This document shows, one piece after another, positions 12,540 to 25,510 of a stretch of DNA of 64,000 nt (positions within the stretch are counted from its first letter, which is position 1; each line of letters begins with the position of its first letter). The DNA comes from Lama glama (taxonomy: Eukaryota). Where the stretch lies: the NCBI GenBank assembly GCA_028534125.1, contig CM052817.1:37078001-37142000 (forward strand), read 5' to 3'. The notes below the pieces were generated by a model. That model made no database searches. It had not been told where the DNA came from and saw only the letters and a program-made list of their open reading frames with translations. A program made the translations under genes and the position numbers.

Positions 12540-12890
12540 ACCCTCCTAGGTCAGCTAAAGAGAACAGGAGAAAATGAGTGAAAAGGCGACTCTGGCTGCG
12601 CACCCCTTCGGGGCTGCGTGACTAGGAAGCTTTGCTTGCCTCTGGCTTTTGTCCCTCCCAGATTTCTGAGCTGGCGAGCAGTCGCTCAGCACTGCAGTCC
12701 GAGCCAATTGCAGAAGACCTAACAAAGCCCAGCCCAGCGGAAGGAACGGTTTCAGAGTTGTTTCTCTTGTAAAGGAGCTCTTCCTGGTCCGCTTTTATTC
12801 TCTCTGGTGTCTGAGAGAACAACCCTCTAGAAACAATTTAAGAGTGACAGGTAAAATAAATTATACCAAAAGCTCACAGCAACAAAAAAG
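12540..12890 (+). promoter_or_regulatory. HSD17B11 proximal promoter / 5' UTR
   Basis: Local GC/CpG enrichment directly upstream of the ATG, with a CCAAT at 12704-12708. The TSS cannot be determined from sequence. Confidence 0.55.
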
Positions 12891-13100
12891 ATGAAATTCT
12901 TTCTGGACTGCCTCCTGCTTCTGCTCTTACTGCTCATCTTCACCTTAGAGTCTCTCCTGAAGCTTTTTATTCCTAAGAAGAGAAAATCAGTTACCGGAGA
13001 AATTGTCCTGATTACTGGAGCTGGACATGGAATTGGAAGACTGACTGCCTATGAATTTGCCAAACTTAAATGCAAACTGGTTCTGTGGGATATAAATAAG
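12891..13100 (+). CDS. HSD17B11: 17-beta-hydroxysteroid dehydrogenase 11, exon 1 (aa 1-70)
   Basis: [70 protein letters not shown]: hydrophobic N-terminal anchor plus the SDR TGxxxGxG motif. Donor AAG|GTAATA. 210 nt. Confidence 0.97.
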
Positions 13101-14710
13101 GTAATAGTGCCTACTATATTTTACTTTCTGATATCTTTAATCTGTATTGCATTTTGCTGGCAACAACCCCTTATAACATCTCTGTAAAGTAGGTAGAAAA
13201 AAATTAATATTGCCATTTTACAGATGGGAGGAAAACGTGGTTTGATTAATGTGTTGATGATCACATGATAAGCAAACCTAGAGGATGTAAGATTCCCAAT
13301 TACTGCCCGTGATTAATTTGACATGGTTAATTTATCCTCACTTTGGCCCTGAAAATAATTTGTAATCTCCTCCTGCACCTGATCTCACTGATCCCTCTAT
13401 GTTAATCATATGAAAAAAGTAATAGTTTTAGCTAGTATATGAAAAGAGTAAGAGTTTTACACCTATTAACAGAAAAATCCTACCTGCAATTATTGAGATA
13501 AGTGCACTTAAAAGATACCCAACAGAAAGCAACATGACTATGCCATAGTCATTGCCCTGAGTAATTTTTGAAATCATCGTTTAGTTAAAAAAAGTGAAAA
13601 AGAAAAAAACTTCAATGCAATGTTTTACCTCTTAAGGAAAATAGGACATATACACTTACCTTTTATTTGACCTGTATTAGATGGACAAAGGGGTTTCCAG
13701 AAGGTACTTGAGTGCCTGAAATGCCATCCTTTACACATTACTCAACATCCAGTGCTGTAAACAAGAGTTCAGGGGATTGACATTGTTTAATAGCTAACCA
13801 ATGAGTAGGTGGTGATTGAGATGAAATCAACAAATACTCATTGAGTATCTGACTAGGTATTAGAACACAGTAACAAATAGAAGATATGGTCCCCTGCCTT
13901 CAATCTAGTAGGGAAAATAGACATTAAATAATTACATGTACAATGGAAGGTAGAAACTAGGCCCAGCCTCATCTGATGGGGTCAGGGTGGTGAGTGGTGG
14001 GCATGGTGGTGTGGTCAGACTCAGATGGGCTCTGCACTCCATGGCTAACTTACTCAACTTCCTGGGTAGCTTTCTAGAGCTTTTAGGTTCCTTTTCTGCA
14101 AAATGGATAAAATAACAGTACTTTCCTTAGAGGGCAGGGAAGATTATACCAAATAATGCTCACAAAGCATGTAGTGCAATGTCTGGCACATAGTAAATAC
14201 AATAGGGTGTTATTATTCCTTCCCAAAGTGAAGCTTAAGCTAAAATTCAGAGATGTATAGGAGTTGGATTACACATCTAGGTTCATGATTCCCAGTGCCC
14301 GGTGCTGGTTTGTACAAAATTTTTTCTGATCTGGAGTAAAGTACATTTACCCAACAAATATTTATTGAGCACCTACTATCTGCTAGATACTGTTCTAATA
14401 TAGAACTGAAGATATAGCAGTGAGGAAAACTTTATGAGCTGGGGACAATAAACAAGATGTATAATATCTTGCTGTATAATAAAAGTGTGTAATTGCTGGA
14501 TAGTGATAAGTATAAGGAAAAAATAAAACATGAAAGGGACTCCATATGGTAGGGATGGCAGAGATAAGAGTATTGATCTTATACAGAAGGTTTCACTGAG
14601 ATAGAGGCAGTTGGATCAAGATCCAAGGGAACGGTGAGTCCCTGGCATACCTCTACAGAGAGGGATCTGCAAAGGTAAAGCCTGGCACAGAACGGAGAGA
14701 TGTAAAAGGT

Positions 14711-15062
14711 CTAGAACTGTGCTGCTATCGCTTTGTGCAATAGTAGGGAGTAGCCACCAGCCACTTGTGGTTGTTGAGCAATTGAAATGTGGCTCAGCTG
14801 AATTAAGATCTGCTATAGGTATAAATGCTCATAGGATTTCAAAGACTTAGTATGAAAAAAAGAGTGTAGAATATCTTATTAATAACTTTTATATGGATTA
14901 CATATTGATATGATAATATTTCATAATTATAAATATTTCAAATAATAATATTTTGGATATATTAAATAAAATATACTAAAAAATTTTAAATGTGGTTACT
15001 AGAAAAATTAAAATTAAGTACATGGCTCACATTATATTTCTGTGGGATGGCTCTGGACTAGA
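14711..15062. mobile_element. hAT-Charlie MITE (MER3/MER33-like) within L2 remnants
   Basis: CTAGAACTGTGCTG...GTAGCCACCAGCCACTTGTGG...CACATTATATTTCT...GGACTAG, recognised from memory. Confidence 0.55.
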
Positions 15063-16719
15063 GACTTAAGGAACAGCAGCTCCAAATCATACAGGTTCCT
15101 GTAGGATGTTTGTGCTTTGCCTTTTACTGAGGGAGCCAGTGGAGGGTTTGGAGCCAGTTTCCATTGGAGAGGTTCCTGTGGCTGAAGAGTTGCAGAGAAA
15201 GCATATAGGAGGCTATTGTGATAATCCAGTTAAGAGATGACTTGGACTTGTCAGACCAGGTAACAGAAGTGGTCAGAAAATTATGGATAGCATAATGAGT
15301 TTTGTGAGTCTATTATGTTAAATTCATTTAAATTAAGTAATTAATCTTTTATTTTGAGATTATGCCCTTCCTACTTTTTGGTGGGCTTTATATATATATA
15401 TTTTTTTAATGAAATTACAGTGATAGTAAATGATAGTTGCTGTGTTAGTTCTTAATGTCCTTATTTGACTAAATACAAGATAGATTGGCAGTCCTATTTC
15501 AGTACATTCACCCCCTTTTACTTTTCTTGGATTTACAGATTTTAAAATTATGAAAGTTTGTTCACCACTAAACCTGACTGGGGAAGGAGAGTAGGGTGGA
15601 AATTTCAAGCAGTTCAGGCAGCAGAACCTAGAGAGGTTAAACTTTGGGGCTGGATTTGTGGAGAATGAGTAAGAAAGTGAAGGAGAGTTTTTTAAGACTG
15701 TTGTAGGATCAAGTTGGAAGGTCAGGGAAGGACCAGATCAAATTCTTTTCAACCAGGGTACAAGACAAATTGTTCCCAGGGACAATGTCAAGGATTAACA
15801 CAAGCAGCAAGGATAACAGTGTCCTAATATATCGATCTCAGGATGTCAGGGACAGACATCTTCATATTCATCATGAAGTCTACAAGAAAGGAACTTGAAT
15901 TTAGACAGTGGTTGGGGGTGGCTTCAGCTTCTTTTTCCTGCTGAGACTGATGCTATGAATTAATCTCTCTGTTTTATGCAGATAATCCCCTATTTCTTGA
16001 CTATTCACACCCTCATACCTGGTTAGATAAGTTTGGAAAGATAAATTTACAGTAAGTGGTAAGCATATAGTATAAACTCAAAGATTGCTTATTGAATGAA
16101 AAAGTGAATTAAAGATGATTTCAAAAATATTAATAAAAGGAAACAGAAAAACATTTATGTTTAGTAATGTAGGTAATAGGCAAGAGGTTTTAGTTGTGGG
16201 GATAGAGGACAAAGAGTGATAAGTAAAGACTAAAGAAGAGCCCAAGATTAAAATTTGAGAACTGAATCCAACACATGAGAAAAAAAGTTACCAAGGGGGA
16301 TCATGAAAAATGATGAGCAGTTCCACTGTGCTGAGAAAAATGTTTAGGGAGGAATTCATTCTCTCCTGTGGGTCTGCTTCTTTTTTTTTTTTCTTACCAA
16401 ATGATTATGGAAACTGTCTAAAAATTTTCCTGGAGGAATTTAGAGCTTAAATTTGTTGCATAGTTCAGCAGGGTGGAAAGACCCTAATTGGGAAAACCAA
16501 GGAAATACAGCAAAAGTGAGGCTGCAAATGTAAAGGAAGGACATCTTTGCCTCTACATGCTCTGCGCATTGACAATTAGGGAAAGCCAACCAGTAATAAG
16601 CAAATCTCTGAAAATGAAATCAATGGTAAATGGATTTTTATCATAAAATTTGTTCCAAATAAGGACTGATTTTCATAAAGGTAAGACCCCCAAAATCAAT
16701 ACAATATGCCTTTTATACT

Positions 16720-17115
16720 TTTTTTTATTGTGGTAATATATATAAAATATAAAATTTTCCATTTTAACCAATTTTAAGTTCACTGCCTCTAAGAACATTT
16801 ATAGTGTTATGCAGTGTGCATCTATCCATCTCCAGAACTTTTTCATCATCCCAAATTGAAACCCTGTACCCATTAAACAAATTCTCCCCTCCTCTTTCTC
16901 CCCTAGCCCCTGGCAGTCACCATACTAACTTTCTGTCTTTGTGAATTTGACTAGTCTAGGTATCTCATACAACTGGAGTTATACAATATTTGGCCTTTTG
17001 TGTCTGGTTTATTTCATTTAGCTTAATATCCTCAAGGTTCAACCATGTTGTAGCATGCATCAGAATTTTATTTCTTTTGAAGGCTGAATAATGTTCCACC
17101 ATATGTATATAACAC
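16720..17115 (-). mobile_element. Old L1 3' UTR fragment
   Basis: Poly-T followed by ATTGTGGTAA...CCATTTTAACC...AAGGTTCAACCATGTTGTAGCATG, a typical reverse-strand L1M 3' end. Confidence 0.75.
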
Positions 17116-19087
17116 ATTAATAAAATAAACTTTTATTATATTTTTATGGACCTCTGCAGTTCAAAAAATGATTAATCATAATTTTTATTCAGATGCATTC
17201 CATTCACATCGTTGGTCCAAATATACTTTTAAATGAAAGTGTTAAAAGCTGCCGATTAGGTTCTGAAGGGCAACATAAGGTCTACCTGAGATGTCTTGAT
17301 GTCCCTTGGGGAATAACGGCTCCCCATCAGAGTATACGACAGTTTGTGTGACAGATTTCCGTAAAGGGAAAACACCCTGTTTCCTTTTACTGCCACAATA
17401 AATTACTACACAAACTGCTAATTCTTTCCACAGCTGTCCAAATTTGGTTTCGCTGCAAAAGTAATTGCTGTTTACTAGCAAATTTGCACACTTGTGTTCT
17501 GTTTTACCATTCTCCCTGTGGGAAAATGTGGTTAATTCTCTTACTATATTTACTGCAAGTCAGTCTAGTAAGTCTGTCCACTCATGCATTAGCTGACAGT
17601 ACTTTCTTGACATACAGAGTTAACAGACAACCTCAATCCAAGGTATCTTTTGAGACATTTTTTAAAACAAAAGAGCTACAAAATTGGTCAAAAGCAAGCC
17701 AACAAACAAGCAGAAATGGAAACAAACAAAAACAGAACCCGATGGTCTGAACCTGAACTTAAGGTGACTCTAAAGTAATGCCCCCAGTTGAGTTCATCAT
17801 TCCTCGTCTCAAATCTGCTCTCTCCTTGTGATCTCCAGCTGACGTGCTGACAATTACCAAAACGGAAAAACAAGGACATCAACCTTGGTTCCTTCCCACC
17901 TTCCTCATCCAATCACCAAATCCTGATGATTTTGCCTCCTGAAGATTTATTTTAAAGATTATTCTCTTCACTTCATTCTTTCTGCTGGTGCCACAATTCA
18001 AGCTTGTATCATCTCTTGCTGATCATTGTAACTGGCTGCAAATTTTTCTCTCTTCCTGCAATATTGACCTCTAAAATCTGTCCTCCATATGTTAGAAAGA
18101 ATAGTCAATATAATACACAAATTTGATCCACTTATTTACTCAGTGCCTCTACACTAACTTTTGAATAAAACAGTATGACGTATGATCCCTTTAATCTGGA
18201 CACCTGTTGGCCTTGGACTTTGTGACTCAGCAACATTAGTCAGCCAGTGCTTCCCCACAAGACTTTTCTCCTGTTCCTCCCTTTGTTTACACTGCCTGGC
18301 ATGCCCTTTCCCCTGATTTACCTGGCGGTTCTCCTCACTCTTGAAGCCCAGCTCAGGGGCTTCTTCTAGAAATGTATTGCACGCCCCTCCTCCATGGTCC
18401 CGTAACGCTGTCTAATACTATTATTATACTTACCACAATATATTGCTTTGAATCATATGAAACGGCCAGTTTTCAGCTCTTTATTCCAAAGCAGTGACGA
18501 TTTCATATGGTCCTACCTAAATGTTATATGTAATTTGTGTTTCTTTGTACGACACTGTGAGCTTGCTGATGTCAGGACTCTTTCTCATTCAAATTTGTGT
18601 CCAATATTTCTTCTAAGCACTGTGACTATGACCGACACATTAAAATGTTGGAGAAATGAGTTAATGAATGAATGAATGAACTGTGGTTAACTCTTTATTT
18701 ATATATTTTGCAGCCAGAAAATTGATACCCATGAATAGTTTTTAATGACATAGAAAAAAAGCTTAATATCATTTTTTAAAAGCCTGATATGGAACAATAC
18801 ATACACATAGATTCATAGAGTATGTAAAATTCATGAATACAAACCCAGTATTTGAAGATTTTTGTCTTCTTTAAAAAAGCTTGCTTTAAATTCAGTTCCA
18901 AGTAAGAGAAGCTAGTTAAAGTATTGAGAGTAAAGTTTACCTATGTCCCTGTCAAAAATATGTGTCAGTTAAATTCTTGTCCAATCCTAATCCAAAGAAT
19001 CTGACTACCCACAAATGTTTTTGGCTATTGATATAATATGCTCATGTCATTCATTTTGTTTCCCTTACCCTTTGTTGCTTTTTCTAG

Positions 19088-19195
19088 CATGGACTTGAGG
19101 AAACAGCTGCTGAATGCAAGAGACTAGGTGCAAAGGTTCATTCCTCTGCGGTCGACTGCAGTAACCGAGAAGAAATTTACAGCTCTGCAAAGAAG
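19088..19195 (+). CDS. HSD17B11: HSD17B11 exon 2
   Basis: Acceptor TTTCTAG|CAT. Encodes HGLEETAAECKRLGAKVHSSAVDCSNREEIYSSAKK. Donor AAG|GTGAAA. 108 nt. Confidence 0.95.
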
Positions 19196-22100
19196 GTGAA
19201 ATTTTATATTTGGTTCAAATCGTATCATGTCAGAGATGGGAGGGATTTTGGCGATGACCCCATTATTATGTAAGCAAAGTAACAGTAGGTTTGTGGTTCA
19301 CCCAAGGTTGTGCAGCTAGCTAGTGGCAGACCCAGAACTAGAACCTAGAACTGAGGTTCCCAGACTTTAGTGTGTTCTGGAATCTTCCAGGGAACTTGTT
19401 TTAAAAAAAATAGGCACCCTAGAAATTTTCTTTCAGTAGATCAAGGGCCGGACTCAGGAATCTGCATGTTTAGTACCCTATGCACCCACACCTCGCCCAT
19501 CTAATTCTGATGCAGGTGAATCCTTGGATGACCTACAGAATCACTGACAGGGTCTTCTGAAGCCCAGCAAAGAACTGGGTTAGGTGCTTAGGATAAACCT
19601 ATTTATCAGGGTTTGATCATATATAGATCTATTTCTAGAAAGCATTATTTGCATCTTCTGTATACAACTGAGATGTGCTTCAGGTAATGGGGTTTCACCC
19701 TAAATGTATTCATACTCATCCTTGTAAACTAAATACTGTAAGAGTAGAAAGGTCATTAGGGCCTGGGCAAATTCTTTTAAAATTCACATTCCTGGACATC
19801 ACCCCTGGATATTCCGATTCAGTACATTATAAAGATTCCAGTTCAACCAGACTTGAGAATCTCATTGTTTGAGAATTTTAGATTTGGGGGCATTTTTAAC
19901 TTCTGTTTTTACATTGCAATTTTTTTTCAAACTGATGCCTCTTTATTATCAGCGAAGCCTGAGCTAAGTCAAAAGAGTAAGTAGAAATTACCCAGGCCAG
20001 TGGTGGGTAATGGCTTTCCTGGAAAGGGTACAGTAAGAGCAAGTCCTTTAGGTGAGAAATATCTACATTTAACAATAACTATTTTACTTACATCAATAAT
20101 GATTCTCCTTCATAGAGATGAGAGCTGTTCTAGTTGGTAGTAGCTATGTCACCTTGGGTAACTTACTTACCCTCCCTGTGCCTAACTTTTCTCAATTATA
20201 AAGTGGGGATCACAGCAGTACCTACTTCATAGGATTGTTATGAGGATTAAGTGAATTAATGACATAAAGTTCTTAGAACAGTATCTGGCACTTAGTAGCC
20301 CCTCTGTAGGAATTAGTTATTCACACACACACACACAACGTGAAGATAACATTTTATGTGGGTCTGTATTTTCTATCCCTGTGATCTCTGTACCCGAGAA
20401 TATATGTTAAATGTATAAACTAATTTACGCTAAATTCAATTTTTGTATTTTATATATATGTATATGTATTTTATATATATATATGCAGTTTTGCAGCATT
20501 GGAAGAGGCTATGTCTATTGCAAAGCAACTTTTGTCTAACTTTGCCATGTTGCTCACTGACTTGTTATTTGACTGTAAATTAATTTATTTTGGCACTGAA
20601 TTTCTGTATACGTTTAAGACTTAAGACATCAGGCAGCTTCAGAGTAGGGGTAGAGAAAGGCACCTATAATTTGGGACTTGTAAAGAAATGTTTTTATGAG
20701 GATAGTAATACCTTAGATGAGTTTTGAACAAATTTATTGCATCCAACTCATGGAAGAGCTTAATGTAAGAGTTGTAAAAGATGCCCTCATGCAGGGTCAT
20801 TACTCCTTTGAGAAAAGAAGACTGGATAAATAAATGGTCAGTGATTTATGCCTACAGTAGCTTAACCACAACCTTTTATAATAGTTAAGCACAAAAATAT
20901 TTATGAAGAGGCATTAATATCTCAACATATACCTCAATGGCAGTGCTGAAATGCCTGTAATATATTTTCAAGCTGGTTTTATTTGGAAATAACAAATTAT
21001 CAGGTAACATTTGTAGCCAAATCTACTTCATCTTAAAATAAAAATGAGTTTAAGACCATAGTACCAATTTTAATTGATTGAAGGGCCTATATATTTTTAA
21101 ATGATTGTAATTGATGATGAATATATTCACAAATTCTTTGACCCTAAGAAATAAGGAAAAATTATTGCTCTTTGAGATGAAAAAATAGTTCAATTTTTTA
21201 AAACATAATTGAAAGTCAACTACCATAATACCTAGTGGCCATGACTATCTATATGCAGATTACCTGATTTGAGTTAATTTCTCAGGCAATTTAGGCTTTA
21301 GAAACACTTGATTTCATGAAATGCTTCTTTATGTAGTACCTTGAATGGAGCCATGTCATGACAAACAATACATATGTGTTATTTTTGTCTGTGTGTCATC
21401 AAACAACTGGTTATCAGTTTTCTTTCAAAAGTCCTCTTAGCATGATTTTTAAAGAATTAATTTATTAATTTTCTATATATGTATATTCCTTTTCATATAT
21501 TTTTATTACAGGCCATTACAGGGTATTGAGTGTGGTTCCCTGTGCTCTACAGTGGGACCTTGTTGTTCATCTATTTTATAAAAAAAAACAATTAGTTACT
21601 AGTAGTAAAGTAGAATCACCAATGTTATCTATATAATTTTGTAATTGGTCTTTGTTAAAAGGATTTACTAACCCAACATCTTTAGTTACCTAAATAGAAA
21701 ACATTTGTTTCCAGACTCATCTGGGAATAGGCTTTTCCTGAAAAGATAGTTTTATTATTTGAACCTATTCCATGTGTTTTAACTATAATGTTTTTTTTGC
21801 TGAAATCATCCTAAGATAAACTATATGCTTAAACAGAGTATACACAAGGGACATGTGATCATCAGCTATTTTGACATAGCTATTTTGATGTAGCTATTTT
21901 GGCATCAGGACAATTTTATGCCACCTAAACAATTAAACTCTCAGCTTGCTTCCATTACTAAGAAATGTGCAAACCCTGGGAGACAATAGGTCATGATGGA
22001 GAGCTCAAGGATGGTCAGGTTCCTTTGGCAATATAAAACAGTAATTTATCTTCTGAGTCACATTAATTTGGAGTCATTATGGCAGCTTCATCAATTCAAC

Positions 22101-23280
22101 CACATGAAATGTCCTGTTTTTCTCAATAACTTAGGGACATTATTCTGAACAACAGTTTTCATAATGTGCTGGAGATGTGGATATAGGTACAAACAGTATT
22201 CTGTTCATCAAGGGCCAAATAATTCAGCTTGGTTCTTTAGTAATTTAAGAATAACCTGATGAAATTCAGTTCTGGCTGACAAGCCTTCAGCAGTGACACA
22301 CTGATGGCCTCCTGAGGTGTTGATGGGCCTTCACCCAGGCTTCCTTCCTGTCTGAGATGGCTTGTCTTGCCCTGAGGTCAGAGGATCTGGGAGAGTCCTA
22401 GCTCCATGTGACCTTTTATACCCATATAACCTTGGGCAAGAAACAGCCCTTCTATGTCTCATGTTTCAGACCTTTAAAATGAGCATATAAGAATTAATAC
22501 CTCATCGAATAGTGAGAATTAAGTGAGATAAATCATGAAATCATGTAAAATGCAAAGCATAGTGAAAGGCTTTAATGGGCTATATACCACCTCCCCCTCA
22601 ATCCCCCAACACACCACAGCACTATCTAAACAATGATAACTCTATTAATAGGAGCTAGCTTTTATTTGGAACACAATATGTAACAAAATGCACTGTAACT
22701 CTAGGGTCCTTCCACCAGGAAGCTTAGTTATGCAAAGAGCTATAAAAATATGGAAGAAGATACCCTTGCATTGCTAGCCCCTAAGCCTGTTTGTCATCTG
22801 GTGAAGAAAGGTTGGTGAGCAATAGATGAAGTGAACACAAAAATAAAGAAATAAAGAAGTGGAAGCTTAATAGTATAATCGGTTTTACACAGTTCCCATA
22901 TAACAGTCCCTGCATTTGCTTATTAATTTAACTTTTTTTTTCTTTGCTTACCTTTTGAAGTAGTATTTAAAAAATAAATGCTGCTTATCTGTCACTGGCT
23001 ATGTTTTTGTTAGACAAATGCCTCTTGGGCTCTAATCATTAGAGAGAGCAAAGTCTAGATACTAAATTGCAAAATAAAATTTCTGCCAGTAGAACTACAG
23101 GCAGGGCTATTTTGAAATTTTCTTAAAATTAAAAATTTTTTTCCGTTTGGCACATAGGTTACAAAACTACTTTTTTTCCATATCTAATAGAAAAATCATA
23201 CTTCCTTAATAGTCACTGCATGCAAACCTACTTTTAGACCTCTTAATGCTGAAAATATTTTTCTCATTTTATTTTTAAAG

Positions 23281-23412
23281 GTGAAGGCTGAAATTGGAGA
23301 TGTTAGTATTTTAGTAAATAATGCTGGTGTAGTCTACACATCAGATTTGTTTGCCACACAAGACCCTCAGATTGAAAAGACTTTTGAAGTTAATGTACTT
23401 GCACATTTCTGG
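23281..23412 (+). CDS. HSD17B11: HSD17B11 exon 3
   Basis: Acceptor TTTTTAAAG|GTG. Encodes VKAEIGDVSILVNNAGVVYTSDLFATQDPQIEKTFEVNVLAHFW (SDR NNAG motif). Donor TGG|GTAAGT. 132 nt. Confidence 0.96.
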
Positions 23413-23979
23413 GTAAGTATGATTTCTTTTACAAAACTATTCCGTTTTGTATAACCCAAAGATTAAGTCTAAAGTGGAGCTTTAAGCAGACATTAGGATG
23501 TATCAAATCAATACTAAAGTTTTCTCCAGGTACCCGGGATAACATTGTACAAAGAAATTGTTTTTCATATTATACCCAAATCCTGTCAATCAGTCTTCTC
23601 CTCCCTCAAAAAATACTAATAATATTAATTAATAATAATAAGAATAGACTTGAGGTGTTATTTTAATTCTAAGCTAGATCTCACACTTCTGTGTGATCCT
23701 GTTTAGAGATGAAAGAAGGGATAAGAGATCATCTGAGTCATCTTCTGTGATTCTATAAAAAGTGAACCCAGATTCTCTCAGATTCTCATGAGACTCAGTC
23801 CTCATGTTATTTCCTGGTCCCCAAATTGCAAACTTTATTACAACTCACCATTCATGGTCTTAAATAATATATAAAGAGAGGGAGAATGAGAAAAAGAGAG
23901 TCTGAATATTGGCCAAATAGCCAGTTCATAAGAGTACCTCAAAGTTTTCTTGAATATAAGTTTGGGATGTGTGACCTCA

Positions 23980-24753
23980 GAATGTAAACTGGCGCAACCA
24001 CTATTGGAAACGGTATAGAAGTTCCTTAAAAAACTAAAAATAGAACTACCATAGGACCCAGGAGTCCCACTACTGAGTATGTATCTGGAAAAAATGAAAA
24101 CTTTAATTTGAAAAGATATATGCACCCAGTTGTTCATAGCAGCACTATTACAATAGCCAAGACATGGTAACAACCCAAGTGTCCATCAACAGATGACTGG
24201 CTTAAGAAGATATGGTGTGTGTGTGTGTACATATAAATATAAATAAATATATATATATAATATATATATATATTATATATGTCATATGTCTGATAAAATA
24301 TTAATCAGCCATGAAAAAGAATGAAATATTGCTATTTGCAGCAACGTGAATGGACAGAGAGAATATTACTTAGTGAAGTAAGTCAGACAAAGAAAGGCAA
24401 ATATATGATATCACTTATATGTGGAATCTAAAAACTAATACAAATACAAAACAGAAACAGACTCACAGACTCACAGACATAGAAAACAAAGAGGGGTAGG
24501 ACTGACAAATTAGGAATATGGGATTAACATACAAACTACTGTATATGGAATAGATAAGCAACAAGGATTTACCATATAGCACAGGGAATTATATTCAATA
24601 CATTGTAATAATCTATAGTAGAAAATAATCTGAATATATGTGTATTGTGTATATATATATACACACATACACATATATAAAACTGACTTACCTTGCTGTA
24701 CACTTGAAACTAACACAATACTGTAAATCAACTATACCTCAATTTAAAAAAAA
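23980..24753 (+). mobile_element. 5'-truncated L1 3' end (sense orientation, intron 3)
   Basis: L1 ORF2 C-terminus/3' UTR motifs (GAATGTAAACTGG..CAACCACTA, GCAGCACTATT..AATAGCCAAGACATGG), ending in CAATTTAAAAAAAA. Confidence 0.85.
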
Positions 24754-25403
24754 GGAATATTGGAGTTGGTGGGAATGCAGTATTATTTTATGTTAATATT
24801 CCCAAGTTATTAACATCATTTTTATATTTTTATGACTTATAAGGGTGCCTCTTTCTGCCTCTCTTAAAACATAGGGGTTTTTTTTTTTTTCTGAATCCCC
24901 AGCATAGAGTAGGTGCTCAATAAATATTTTTTGTATGACTCATTCAGTAACTACTGGAAGATTGTTATCACTCAGTATTTTGATGATATAACTAAACTCT
25001 TTTCTAATAATTTCACATTGAATGTAAAAATTTTTGACAACTCTAGATATTATCCCTATTCAGTATATGAAATGGTAGAAGTCATCAGTAACAAAAAGTG
25101 GGAGAACTGGGGACATAAGAAGTTAACAGTTTAAATGAGATGGATTCTCAAAGTTTTTGGGGTTCATTGTTTCACTTAGTTTTTCTAATCTGAGCATCCT
25201 ATGCATTTGCCTTATGTTGCTACATTTGGCAGTTAATCTAGGTTTTTTCATTTATGCCAAGAACAATATCGCAATTAATCTAGGTTTCTTCATTTATGCC
25301 AAGAACAATGTCAACAAAATATACCTTTGTTTTGAAATATTACCAATGGATTTGCAAATCAGAAGTAACAATTTTTTTCTCTTTTAATAATAACTATTTC
25401 TAG

Positions 25404-25510
25404 ACTACAAAGGCATTTCTTCCAGAGATGATGAAGAATAATCATGGCCATATTGTCACTGTGGCTTCAGCAGCTGGGCATACTGGGGTCCCCTTTTTAT
25501 TGGCTTATTG
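25404..25510 (+). CDS. HSD17B11: HSD17B11 exon 4
   Basis: Acceptor TTTCTAG|ACT. Encodes [35 protein letters not shown](C), with the catalytic Ser and Tyr. Donor TG|GTATGT. 107 nt. Confidence 0.96.

Noticed and set aside
13101..13187. ORF-track extension of HSD17B11 exon 1 to 98 aa (and of HSD17B13 to 120 aa, 62122-62274)
   Set aside because: This is read-through into intron 1. Canonical donors at 13101 and 62122 and the end of homology at WDINK define the exons.
21864..21903. Three 13-14-bp tandem AGCTATTTTG repeats, plus scattered (TA)n/(CA)n/(CAG)n tracts
   Set aside because: Ordinary slippage-type simple repeats. They have no spacer structure and are not CRISPR-like.
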